DNA of 64,000 nucleotides from Nannocystales bacterium. Lineage in GTDB: Bacteria; Myxococcota_A; Polyangia; Nannocystales; Nannocystaceae. The notes below the pieces were generated by a model. It saw nothing but the letters and a program-made list of their open reading frames with translations. It searched no databases and was not told the origin of the DNA. Each line of letters starts with the position of its first letter. Position 1 is the first letter of the stretch. Positions 1-9,435 of the stretch are shown here, in pieces. Where the stretch lies: the NCBI GenBank assembly GCA_050633305.1, contig JBOEGF010000032.1, forward strand, positions 128,001 to 192,000. Direction: 5' to 3'. The position numbers were made by a program, and so were the translations under genes.

Positions 1-398
1 CCATGGTCCTTGGCGTGTTGGTAGCCCGCCTTGACCTGGCCGAGGATCTGCGGCTCCCCGATGACGATCGACTCCAGACTCGAGGCAACACGGAAGATGT
101 GGCGTGCCGCATCGAAGGACTCACGGACGAACGCGGCGGTCCGCAGCTCCCCGATCGGGACGTTCTTGCACCGCGCGAGAACATCCAAAGCCGCCGTGCC
201 GCTGCTCTTCGCGTCGTCCGAGACCCCGTAGATCTCAACCCGGTTGCAGGTGGAGACGACCATCGCCTCGCGGAGGTTGGCGTCGTGCTCCAGTGCGTCG
301 AGCAACGAGGCACGCTCTTCTTCGGACACGGCCAGCCGCTCCCGCAGCTCGACCGCGGCACCGTTGTGGTTGATCCCCAACGCGACGAGATCGGTCAC
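1..398 (-). CDS. hemA: Glutamyl-tRNA reductase, N-terminal part (runs off the left edge)
   Basis: Minus-strand translation MTDLVALGINH...ELRERLA...VVSTCNRVEIY...HIFRVASSLESIVIGEPQILGQVK contains the GluTR STCNR catalytic motif and the GEPQILGQVK signature. The GTG start overlaps the upstream stop (GTGA). Not in the ORF track because it is truncated. Confidence 0.95.
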   Translation of the reverse strand, partial: MTDLVALGINHNGAAVELRERLAVSEEERASLLDALEHDANLREAMVVSTCNRVEIYGVSDDAKSSGTAALDVLARCKNVPIGELRTAAFVRESFDAARHIFRVASSLESIVIGEPQILGQVKAGYQHAKDH

Positions 399-1198
399 GA
401 TGCGTTCACTCCGTACCAGATGACGATGCCAAGGATTGCAGAGAACGCGATGAGCGTGAGCATCGCAGCTCGTCTGCCCCGGGTACCCCGAGCTGCTCGT
501 GCGATGAGCAGACCGACCGACGCGACCCAGGCAACGCCCGCGGCCGCCAGTTCAAACGCGCGTCCCTCGAGCGAGTCGGGTCCTCCCAGCTCCAGGATCC
601 ACAACACGCCGGTCACGATCGCGAGCGTGAAGATCGGGGTGACCACCAGCACCAGGCGATGATGCAGCCGATCGAGGCCGGTGAGGGACATGCCGCCGCG
701 TCCGGGCCGGAACACTTTGTTGCGAAGCCGGCGTTCAGCGAGCAGGTACAGCGATGCAACGCCGGCGGCGAGGGCGAAGCCAGCAAGGCCCAGCGAGGCC
801 AGCCCAACGTGCGCGGACGCCAACCCCTTCGCGCCAGGCACCGCGCCCTCGCCAAGTCCGCTGAACACCACCCCCAGGACCAGACCGATGAGCCCGAGCG
901 GAGCAAGCACCGCACCAAGCGGGACCAATCGGCCGCGTCGTGACAGCGGCAAGTAGCAGCCGACGGCGATCATTGTGCCGAAGCTGGTCGCGAGAAAGAT
1001 GTTCTTGAACGGGTGGTCGCCCTCGACACACTGAGCCCCGATCGCCCCCACGTGCAGAGCGCCGGCGACCGCGAGGGCGAGACGACCCCAGCGGTGCGGG
1101 CCCGCATCACGGCTGCGGTCTTCGCTGCGTTCCGCCCCGTAGGCGAACGTCGCCGCGCCATAGGCGAGCGCGGAAAGGATGAACAGGACAAGCGTCAT
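395..1198 (-). CDS. CcsA/HemX-like (cytochrome c assembly family) inner membrane protein
   Basis: About 8 hydrophobic segments with His residues (ALHVG, SAHVG) and ERRLRNK...SLTGLDRL...TLAIVTG typical of CcsA/YpjD/HemX. Coupled to hemA. Confidence 0.8.
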   Translation of the reverse strand: MTLVLFILSALAYGAATFAYGAERSEDRSRDAGPHRWGRLALAVAGALHVGAIGAQCVEGDHPFKNIFLATSFGTMIAVGCYLPLSRRGRLVPLGAVLAPLGLIGLVLGVVFSGLGEGAVPGAKGLASAHVGLASLGLAGFALAAGVASLYLLAERRLRNKVFRPGRGGMSLTGLDRLHHRLVLVVTPIFTLAIVTGVLWILELGGPDSLEGRAFELAAAGVAWVASVGLLIARAARGTRGRRAAMLTLIAFSAILGIVIWYGVNAS

Positions 1199-1314
1199 CG
1201 CGGACCCCTTGAGCGTATCTCACAACCCCGACTCGGAGCTGAACTCGTACGCCACAGACTCTAGATCGTCAGCACGCGCACCGCAGCGCAGGCGGCCAAG
1301 GCGCAACGGGGAGG

Positions 1315-1692
1315 TCACAACTCCAAGGGGAAGACCGTCGCGATCGCCCACCCTGCCTCGGGGTCGATCAACGTGTAGCTGAGGCCGAACGACGGGAGTT
1401 CTTGGCCGTCTTCGGTCGAGAACGTCCACTGGACATCCGCGCGCGTGATCCGAGGAGCGAGCCGGCGGGTCGCGAGGACATCGAAACTCGCCTCGCCGAC
1501 CTTCAATTCACGATGGCGGGCGAACTGTCGCTCGAAACGAGACCGAAGTTCGGCCTCGGACTGCAGCGCGATGACCTCGGGGCCGGAGGCCACCAAGCAC
1601 GGACGGTGGACGAGCTTGACCACCGCGTCCACATCGTACGCGGCGAAAGCCTTGGAGTAGCGCTCGAAGAACGCATGCAGGGTTGTCGCCAC
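1315..1692 (-). CDS. NTF2-like/SnoaL-like domain protein
   Basis: FFERYSKAFAAYDVDAV...ADVQWTF...YTL...GWAIA pattern. GTG start chosen 6 nt after TGgTACCGT. Confidence 0.65.
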   Translation of the reverse strand: MATTLHAFFERYSKAFAAYDVDAVVKLVHRPCLVASGPEVIALQSEAELRSRFERQFARHRELKVGEASFDVLATRRLAPRITRADVQWTFSTEDGQELPSFGLSYTLIDPEAGWAIATVFPLEL

Positions 1693-1779
1693 GAGTTCAC
1701 GGTACCAGGACAGCCACAAGCATCAACCCGGGATGAACCCCGGCCCGACGTGGGATCTGCTGAGGACCTGAAGTCGTAC

Positions 1780-2286
1780 TCAGTCGTAGGACCCGGCGAA
1801 CTGGTCGAAGGCCCGAGTCCACGCGTCGGCATCGACCTCGAGTTCGGCAGTGTGGTTGACGAAGAACTCGACCGTTTCCCGGGCACTCGCCGTCACCCCA
1901 AGCACAGAGCGATCCCGTAGGTGCATCATCAACTCCGAGAGCTGCTTGCGGTTGAGCGCACCGGTGAAGCCACGGTTGCGGACCCACATGACACCGGCCG
2001 AGGATTGTGCCTGCACCTTCGGCCACAGCTCGGCGACACGTCGCTGCACGTCGGGGTCAACCGAGGGGTTCTTGGCCCCCGGAATGATCACGTAGAGCAC
2101 CCGAGGCCCATACTCTCGCAGGAGCGAGGTCGTCGCGCGGAACAAGGCGTCGAGCGACGCGGCTTCCATCGGCTTGCGAGTCCGAAGCAGTGCGACCTGA
2201 CCAAGCACGCCGACCGCGAAGCCTTCGGACTCTTCCACCACATCGACCCAGGGCCCATCCCCTGCGAGCAACTCGTCTACCACCAC
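1780..2286 (-). CDS. Hypothetical small alpha/beta protein (STAS/SpoIIAA-like type common in myxobacteria)
   Basis: Coherent ORF with normal composition. LYVII...P...VQRRVAE...GFTGA pattern resembles 42492..43007. Confidence 0.55.
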   Translation of the reverse strand: MVVDELLAGDGPWVDVVEESEGFAVGVLGQVALLRTRKPMEAASLDALFRATTSLLREYGPRVLYVIIPGAKNPSVDPDVQRRVAELWPKVQAQSSAGVMWVRNRGFTGALNRKQLSELMMHLRDRSVLGVTASARETVEFFVNHTAELEVDADAWTRAFDQFAGSYD

Positions 2287-2659
2287 GGACTGCGGAGCAT
2301 ACCGGCAAACGGTCACGGGGCTGAAAGTGGTGTCCCCAAATGGACACTCACCGGCCCGAGTGCCGGTTCGAGGACGGGTACAAGCGCGGTCGAAGAACGG
2401 CGTTTCTCATTTTCGTCCGTCGGGCCGACTTGGTCGTCGGGGGCCCGGGCCGGCGCTCGAGCTCGACGCTGCACGGGGCTCCGGATGTCCCCGAGCGGGC
2501 GCAAACCGAGAGTGTCTCCGCGTCGGACTCCGACGGCGCTGGTGTCTCCGCCGAACGAACGCTCGGGCGCGGGGCACATGCCCCTAAAGGACAGAACCAC
2601 GAAGAAGCGCCTCCCGGGCACAGGCCACAGGAGACGCGATCAGCGATGGGGTCCGCGAG

Positions 2660-3937
2660 CTAGAAGCGGAAGCTCGCGCCGACCCCCTGAGTGTCGCGTG
2701 TGAGGATCGGCGAGACCCGGACGTCCGACACCGCGCGAAGCGACTTCTCTTGTTGGATGAAGTTCTTCGCGTCCCGACGGTCCTGCCAGATGATGATCCC
2801 GAGCACGGCCCCGAGCACCACGGTCCCCCCGAGGAATGCATCTCCGAAGACGGCGCGACGGCGCATGGTACTGCCGGTCGAGCTGACCTCGGTCGCAAGC
2901 GCGACGTACCGGCCGTCGTTCTCTAACCGGGGGTCAAGCGAAGGGTCACCGCCGAGTCCGTCGGTGTAGTCGTCAACGCTCTTGACGGCATCCTTGTACG
3001 GACCACGAGCGGCAAGCGCGGCGCTGTAGAACGCGATCGTTCCGATGGCAGCACCGCCGGTCAGGGTGAGCGCGACCCAGGCACGAGGCTGCCAGTAGCC
3101 CCAGAACGCGCCACGCTGGCACTTGGGTCGGAGATCTTTGGGGTCGTCCCGGCTCTCCCGCTTCTTGCGCTTGCCCTCGCGGCAGAAGTCCTTGAAGTCG
3201 GCCTTGAGGTCGACCTCAGCGTCGGCGACGGCGGCGGCAGCACCCGCGGCCTCATCCTCGGCAGCAGCCTCGGCGTCCGCGAGTGCCTTCTCCTCAGCGG
3301 CGATCTCCTCCGGGGTCTTCTCCGGCTCGTCGAGCGTGGCGATGATGTTGAGTTCTTCCTCGGTCGCGGCCGCCGGAGGCTCGCGGTGTTCATCGAGGGT
3401 GCGTCCCATCGCGCCGCCCAGGACGATAGGCAGGATCAGGTCGCCGACGCCCAACATCGGGCGGAGCGTCTTGACGCGCTTGTTCTCCGCGACGGCGTAG
3501 ACGACGATCTCGGCCTGCTTCTGCGGGCCTGGGTCGACGTTGCCGAACACGATGAAGTCGGCCGCCGTCTTCGGGCTGTTGTTGAGCCACTTGCCGAGCG
3601 CTTCCAAGCAGCCGTCGCTGGTCGGATCGTCCTTACACTTGATGCGCTTGGCCGCATCCGCGACGTCGAGCGCAACGGTCGTGACGGTGTAGCCGGCTTC
3701 GGTCAGGGCGGTCTGCGTATCGACACGCAGCTCGGTCGACTTGGGGTCACCGGTGAACCGCATCAACGCGACGGTCTTTCCGTCGGTACTCGGCGCATCT
3801 TTGGCAGGCGCGACGACGAGGTTGAGGGCTTCGGCGGCCGAAGCCGGAGCAACGGGAAGCGCAGCCACGCCAACCGCCGCGGTGACGGCGATGCTGAGGA
3901 TGCGGGACGCGAACGGGGCTGAAGTCTTGGCGGACAT
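2660..3937 (-). CDS. Hypothetical exported/membrane protein
   Basis: Signal peptide (…ALPVAPASA-AE), acidic Ala/Glu linker, two hydrophobic helices, and a C-terminal VSPIL...GVGASFRF beta-strand ending in Phe. Confidence 0.75.
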   Translation of the reverse strand: MSAKTSAPFASRILSIAVTAAVGVAALPVAPASAAEALNLVVAPAKDAPSTDGKTVALMRFTGDPKSTELRVDTQTALTEAGYTVTTVALDVADAAKRIKCKDDPTSDGCLEALGKWLNNSPKTAADFIVFGNVDPGPQKQAEIVVYAVAENKRVKTLRPMLGVGDLILPIVLGGAMGRTLDEHREPPAAATEEELNIIATLDEPEKTPEEIAAEEKALADAEAAAEDEAAGAAAAVADAEVDLKADFKDFCREGKRKKRESRDDPKDLRPKCQRGAFWGYWQPRAWVALTLTGGAAIGTIAFYSAALAARGPYKDAVKSVDDYTDGLGGDPSLDPRLENDGRYVALATEVSSTGSTMRRRAVFGDAFLGGTVVLGAVLGIIIWQDRRDAKNFIQQEKSLRAVSDVRVSPILTRDTQGVGASFRF

Positions 3938-4320
3938 CACGGAAACGGGGTTTCGAGAACAGGTGCGCGGTCCGCTCCGGTCTCTTGGGCCGCGGCATGA
4001 TAGCGGCCCCCTCCACCCCACTCAAGCGCTGCGTTGGCAGGGCGTAGAACTGGCTCACGGTGGAGATCAATCGAGCGTGCACCGCACGGCGGCGACGTTG
4101 AAACGGCGCGGGAGGAGCACCACGAACGGCCCCCGCAACCGACTGTACAGATGGATGCGGTCCAATCACACCGCTTCGAGGGCCATCGCACCTGCCATCA
4201 ACGTCGGACTCCGGCTGGACTTACGGATCAACCGACACGAACCGGCACGCGGCGCGACCCGCAGCAACCACACGACATGTCGACGCGCGGGGCCTCACAC
4301 CGGAAGATCGCTCCAAGCGA

Positions 4321-6249
4321 TCACGGCTTGGGCCGTGGCAGCAGAAACAGAAAACCGGACAGCGAGACGAGTACGCCCAAACCAGAGACCACGAGGACAT
4401 ATCCGTTGCTCGGATGCGTCGCGTTCTGCACCGCGGCGACCCAAAGCCAGGCCGAGAGGATCGTCGAGCCGACGAGCAACACCCCGCGAAGCGGACTGCG
4501 GCTCCGCGCCCAGGCCAGCCCGCTATGCAACACGACGGTCAGCCCGATCGCGCCAGGCAACAACGTCGCGCCACCCAGCGTTTTTCGGCTCCAGATGAAC
4601 GAAGCTGCGGCCGCGACGATCGCGACGACCGCGACGGGGACACGAACCCGCTGCGGAGCGGACCGCAGCGGTGGCGAGTGCTGGGCGACCGAGACCCCGG
4701 CCCGCGCGACGATGGCGAGACTCCCGCCAGCGAGCACCGCCACAACCATCGAAGCGATGCCATGCTCGGCCTCGAACACGTCGAGCCCGCGAGCCATCGA
4801 CAGGACATCCGCGGCCCCCAGAATCCAGCGCTCGAGCGGTTGACCGGAGCCCGCACCGATCTGAGGAACGATCCATGCCGAGTGCGCGACCGTTGCAGCC
4901 ACAGCAGCGGTCGCGACCACAAGCACAGCGACCGTCCAGCTGGTCCCCGCGCCCGCCGCCCGAGCCCGGATCTCGGGCATGCCGGCGAGGAGAAGAAGGG
5001 CCGGCCACCATGCGCTCCACGGGCCCGCGCCACCGGTTTCCCAAATGCGTGCTCCGCCAACGCCCGGCGTCGTTTCGAACGCCAGCACGACCGCGGCGGT
5101 CAGCCCCGCGACCGCGACCGCCGCGGTGAAACGCGGCGCCCCGCGTTCGAGCAGGCTCCGGCCCTTGGGGACGAACAGGACCAGCAGGCCCAGCCCCAGC
5201 CAGACCAGCGCCCCGGTCCGTCGCTCAGCGCGGACCACCGACACATCAGACCGCGTCTGCGCGTTCGCCGGCGCGATGCCGACCCGCGGCTGCCCTCGCC
5301 CCTCCGTGTAGCCAGGCCAGCGTCCGGTCACCCCAAGCCCCGCGCTCGCCTCCGACGCGTACTTGTTCGGGCACATCCGACTGAGCAGCTTATCCGGCTC
5401 GGGGCCGCCGGGCTCATCCCGTTTTCCCGGACAGAGGAATTCGACCCGGGAGTGCTGCCCCCACCCCCCGGAGCGCACGATGATCCGGGGCTGAGTCTCC
5501 GCCCCGGGCGAGACGCCCAACGTCTCCTGCACCGCCGGGAGCGTGATCGCTTCGACGGTGGCGTTCGCATAGGCGGCTTGGGCCCGGGCAGGCCCCTTTG
5601 CGTAGTGCACCTCCGCGATGTCGTGCAGCGCTCGCTCGAGCGCATCGGCGAACGTCTCGGGGTTGTAGCCGCGACCGGCCTCCGGCTCGACGTAGTCGTT
5701 GATCGGGACGTCGAAGGGCCCGTAGCCATCGATGCGGATCGCCGTCATTTGGAAAGGGTGGATCCCGTGGATCGGGCCGCTGTGCGCCCAGCCCGACGCG
5801 TCGGAACCGGCGGCTTCGTGCCGCGCTCCGAGGACCCCCGCCGCGGGGACGAGCAGGGCCATGCCGATCGCGACGGGAAGCCGCGCGCGAGGTCCGACCC
5901 ACCCGGCGATCGCCGCTCCGGTCAGGATCACCGGAACGGCCCAAATCGAGCCGGGAAACGCGACCGTCACCCCCACCGCGACGCTGGCTGCGATGGCAGC
6001 GAGCGCGGCGGCCGAGAGCCATACCAACAAGGTCGCGGAGTGAGCACCCCGTCCCAGCGCCGGGACCGAGTGATACGCCCCGCCCGCATCCCGCCAGACC
6101 GACACCAAGCCGAGGATCGCGACCGCAGCCACGGGCAGGCCCCAGCCCTGCGATACGGGGAGGGCCGGGCCCATCAGCACCACCCCAACCGCCGCGAGCG
6201 CGACTGCGGCGGCCTTCGAGGTGCGAGCGGCATCGGTCGAGGCGATCAC
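4321..6249 (-). CDS. Hypothetical polytopic membrane protein with a central soluble domain
   Basis: Two clusters of TM helices flank an about 220-aa hydrophilic domain (HSGPIHGIHPFQ...DYVEP...). Start uncertain. Confidence 0.7.
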   Translation of the reverse strand: MIASTDAARTSKAAAVALAAVGVVLMGPALPVSQGWGLPVAAVAILGLVSVWRDAGGAYHSVPALGRGAHSATLLVWLSAAALAAIAASVAVGVTVAFPGSIWAVPVILTGAAIAGWVGPRARLPVAIGMALLVPAAGVLGARHEAAGSDASGWAHSGPIHGIHPFQMTAIRIDGYGPFDVPINDYVEPEAGRGYNPETFADALERALHDIAEVHYAKGPARAQAAYANATVEAITLPAVQETLGVSPGAETQPRIIVRSGGWGQHSRVEFLCPGKRDEPGGPEPDKLLSRMCPNKYASEASAGLGVTGRWPGYTEGRGQPRVGIAPANAQTRSDVSVVRAERRTGALVWLGLGLLVLFVPKGRSLLERGAPRFTAAVAVAGLTAAVVLAFETTPGVGGARIWETGGAGPWSAWWPALLLLAGMPEIRARAAGAGTSWTVAVLVVATAAVAATVAHSAWIVPQIGAGSGQPLERWILGAADVLSMARGLDVFEAEHGIASMVVAVLAGGSLAIVARAGVSVAQHSPPLRSAPQRVRVPVAVVAIVAAAASFIWSRKTLGGATLLPGAIGLTVVLHSGLAWARSRSPLRGVLLVGSTILSAWLWVAAVQNATHPSNGYVLVVSGLGVLVSLSGFLFLLPRPKP

Positions 6250-6326
6250 AGACGCCCCTTTTACCAGCTCGCGTAGGTGATGCACCGCCAATGACGCCCT
6301 GCGCCCGCGCCTGCTACTGTCCCGCC

Positions 6327-8738
6327 ATGGTCGCGCGCTCGCCGTCCCGCCCCGCATCTGGAGAGTTGCCGCTGCTCCCGCTGCGATCGATGTCGCTGCT
6401 GCCAGGGCTGCCGCAACCGATCGAGCTCGGCCGTTCGACCTCTGTGGGCGCGATCGAAAAGGCGCGCAGCCTTCGAGAAGGCGACCCGTTTTCCAAGCTC
6501 GTGATCGTCGCCACCCAGCGCGACCCGCTGGTCGAGCGTCCCGAACTCGAGGATCTCTACCCGGTCGGTCTCCTCGCCGAGGTCACCCAAGCGCTCCACG
6601 GTGTCCCCGGGCGCATGACCGCGATCGTCCGCGGCTTGCATCGTGTTCGGTTGCTCGGTCTCAACCGCGGTCCGGACATCAGCACCATCCAATACCAGCT
6701 CGCACACGAGACGATGGGCGACCCGACGCTCGCCTACGCGCTCGCAGGTGCCCTCCAGGACCTCGTCCGCTTGCACGACGAGTCGCTGCCCGCGGCGGCG
6801 AAGAACCGCAACCGAGCACAAACCCTCGCGGTGCTCACGGCCGAGCGTAGCCCCGGTCCGATCTGCGACCTCGCCGCGACCCATGTCGACCTGGAAGCCG
6901 AGCAGTCGGTGGAAGTGCTCATGGAGCTGCAGATCACAGAACGTCTTCGCAAGATGCTCGAGCAGGTGAGCCAGCGAATCAACGTCCTCAACGTCAAGCG
7001 CGACCTCGACAAGCACGTCCGAGACCACCTCAGCCAGCACGAGCAGGAGGCCTTGCTCCGCCACAAGCTTCGGGCGATCCAGTCACAGCTCTCGAGCGAC
7101 AGTAACGACGAGGAGGCCTGGCTCGACGCGTTGGCTGACCGGCTGGAGAAGAAGGCCCTGACCGAACACGCGCAAGGCGAGGTTGCGCGGGAGCTCGATC
7201 GCCTTCGGCGCATGAACCCACAGAGCCAAGAGGCCAACATCGCCCGGACTTACGTCGAGTTGATGGCCGATCTGCCGTGGGGTGAAGAGGACGCAACCGA
7301 GGACAAGCTGGACCTCAAGGCCGCCCGAGAGCTACTCGAGCGCGAGCATTTCGGCCTCGACAAGGTCAAGAAACGCATCATCGAGTACCTCAGTGTTCGC
7401 AAACTCGCCCCGGGCAAGCGCGGGCCGCTTCTGTGTCTCGCGGGCCCACCGGGGGTGGGCAAGACCTCGCTCGCGCGCTCGATCGCAGAGTCGTTGGACC
7501 GCAGCTTCGTCCGGATGTCGCTGGGCGGCGTCCGTGACGATGCAGAGGTTCGTGGACACCGACGCACCTACGTGGGCGCCCTGCCCGGCCGCCTCATCCA
7601 GCTCATGCGGAAAGGTGGCACCACCAACCCGGTGTTCTTGCTCGACGAGATCGACAAGCTGGGCGGCGACGCCAACCGAGGTGACCCCGCATCGGCGTTC
7701 CTCGAAGCACTCGACCCCGAGCAGAACGACGAGTTCGAGGACCACTACCTCGGCACGCCGTACGACCTCTCGAAGGTGATCTTCATCTGCACCGCGAACG
7801 ACGTCTCGAAGATCCCCCTCGTACTGCGGGACCGGCTCGAGTTCATCGACCTCACCGGCTACACGCTCCACGAGAAGGTCTCGATCGCGCGCGAGTATCT
7901 GGTGCCCCGTGCCCTCGCCGAGCACGGTATGAGCCCGGCGGCCGTGGAGTTCGAAGAGGCTGCGTTCGACCTGCTCGCCACCCGCTACACCCGCGAGTCC
8001 GGGGTTCGAAACCTCCAAAGGCAGATCGAGGCCATGCTACGCGACGTGGCCATGGGCCTGGTCGAGGCCGAGGACAAGGAAGGCGCCGCCCCGGTGCGAA
8101 TCACCGCCGAAGAGGTCGAGCGTGTGTTGGGGCCACCGCGGTACACCGAAGACCACCTCGAACGCGGCCCCGCCGTCGGCGTCGTGACGGGACTCGGCTG
8201 GACCTCCACGGGCGGACGACTGCTCGTCGTCGAAGCGGCGACCACCCCCGGTGAAGGGCGGCTGCGCCTCACCGGACGCTTGGGCGAGGTGATGAAGGAG
8301 TCCGGCCAAGCCGCGGTCAGTCTGATCCGAAGTCGTGCACGCACGTTTGGCATCGACCCCGCCGGGATCCGAAAGCTGGACCTGCATGTGCACTTCCCCG
8401 CCGGCGCTGTGCCCAAAGATGGCCCCAGCGCGGGCGTCACGGTCACCACCGCCCTCGTCTCCAGACTCACAGGGCGGCGGGTTCGGCACGACGTCGCGAT
8501 GACCGGCGAGATCACCCTGCATGGGCGCGTGCTCGCGATCGGTGGTGTGCGGGAGAAGGTCCTGGCGGCTCACCGCGCCGGGGCGAAGACCGTGATCCTC
8601 CCCGCGCAGAACCGCAAGGATGAGCCCGAGATCCCCGACGCGGTCCTCGGAGACATCGAGCTTCGCTACGTCGAGCGGATCGACGAGGTTCTCGAGATTG
8701 CGCTGCTTGAGGCGGACCCCGTCGTGGCCGCGAGCTAG
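6327..8738 (+). CDS. lon: ATP-dependent Lon protease
   Basis: N-domain LPLLPLR, Walker A GPPGVGKT, RGHRRTYVGALPG, Walker B LLDEIDK, catalytic PKDGPSAG Ser and REKVLAA Lys. Confidence 0.97.
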   Translation: MVARSPSRPASGELPLLPLRSMSLLPGLPQPIELGRSTSVGAIEKARSLREGDPFSKLVIVATQRDPLVERPELEDLYPVGLLAEVTQALHGVPGRMTAIVRGLHRVRLLGLNRGPDISTIQYQLAHETMGDPTLAYALAGALQDLVRLHDESLPAAAKNRNRAQTLAVLTAERSPGPICDLAATHVDLEAEQSVEVLMELQITERLRKMLEQVSQRINVLNVKRDLDKHVRDHLSQHEQEALLRHKLRAIQSQLSSDSNDEEAWLDALADRLEKKALTEHAQGEVARELDRLRRMNPQSQEANIARTYVELMADLPWGEEDATEDKLDLKAARELLEREHFGLDKVKKRIIEYLSVRKLAPGKRGPLLCLAGPPGVGKTSLARSIAESLDRSFVRMSLGGVRDDAEVRGHRRTYVGALPGRLIQLMRKGGTTNPVFLLDEIDKLGGDANRGDPASAFLEALDPEQNDEFEDHYLGTPYDLSKVIFICTANDVSKIPLVLRDRLEFIDLTGYTLHEKVSIAREYLVPRALAEHGMSPAAVEFEEAAFDLLATRYTRESGVRNLQRQIEAMLRDVAMGLVEAEDKEGAAPVRITAEEVERVLGPPRYTEDHLERGPAVGVVTGLGWTSTGGRLLVVEAATTPGEGRLRLTGRLGEVMKESGQAAVSLIRSRARTFGIDPAGIRKLDLHVHFPAGAVPKDGPSAGVTVTTALVSRLTGRRVRHDVAMTGEITLHGRVLAIGGVREKVLAAHRAGAKTVILPAQNRKDEPEIPDAVLGDIELRYVERIDEVLEIALLEADPVVAAS

Positions 8739-8788
8739 CCCCTCGGCCGGGACATCCGGCCCCACCAGGCGATGCCTGGTACCGCCGC

Positions 8789-9424
8789 TTACATAGGCTT
8801 ACGCGCGACGAGGAAGTCCGTTTGCCGCGCAGCGCCAACATCAGGGGTTCGCAGGTCGGTGAATCCTACGTCCTTCACCTCTTGGTGGAGCGCCGCCTTG
8901 GACAACCGACTCGCCACCCACGGTGCTTTCCCGACCAGCCGCATCGCGAGGAGCAATGGTGAGTACGGAACCCACGACTCGCCCAAGCACACCGTAGAAG
9001 CGACAAAGTAGCCCCCCGGGCGCAACAGATCGAAAGCCCGCTGCAGGGCGGCGGTTCGGTCCGGGACGAGATGCAGCAGGCTGTACGCGAAAAGCCCATC
9101 GAGTTCACCGGGACCGAACGCCTCGAACGTCTCGTCGAAGGGCCCGATGTGGAAATGCACGTTCTCGGACGTCTCGGCTTTGGCCCGCGCAATACGGATC
9201 ATCTCGTCGGAGAGATCGAGCCCGTGTACCTGTGCGCCGGTCGCTGCCAGACGAAGGCAGAACGATCCAGTGCCGCAGCCGATGTCGAGAACCGTGTGCC
9301 CGCGCTCGATCAAACCAAGCGTAACCTCGGTCTTTCGGTCGAAGGCCTCGGGGTTGTCGACCGGCTTGGCGGCATAGGTTTCGGCGAGGTCGTTCCAGAA
9401 TCTTGCGTCTGCAGTGGCGGTCAT
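8789..9424 (-). CDS. Class I SAM-dependent methyltransferase
   Basis: VLDIGCGTG motif I, GLDLSDEMI, LLHLV, LLRPGG. Confidence 0.9.
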   Translation of the reverse strand: MTATADARFWNDLAETYAAKPVDNPEAFDRKTEVTLGLIERGHTVLDIGCGTGSFCLRLAATGAQVHGLDLSDEMIRIARAKAETSENVHFHIGPFDETFEAFGPGELDGLFAYSLLHLVPDRTAALQRAFDLLRPGGYFVASTVCLGESWVPYSPLLLAMRLVGKAPWVASRLSKAALHQEVKDVGFTDLRTPDVGAARQTDFLVARKPM

Positions 9425-9435
9425 GGCGAACAGCC

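Noticed and set aside
3..662. 219-aa plus-strand ORF
   Set aside because: Antisense shadow of hemA and the CcsA-like gene, which carry the real motifs.
2490..2600. c-di-GMP-I riboswitch suggested by GCAAACC
   Set aside because: The GNRA tetraloop/receptor and second stem are not present, and the orientation is opposite to the flanking genes.
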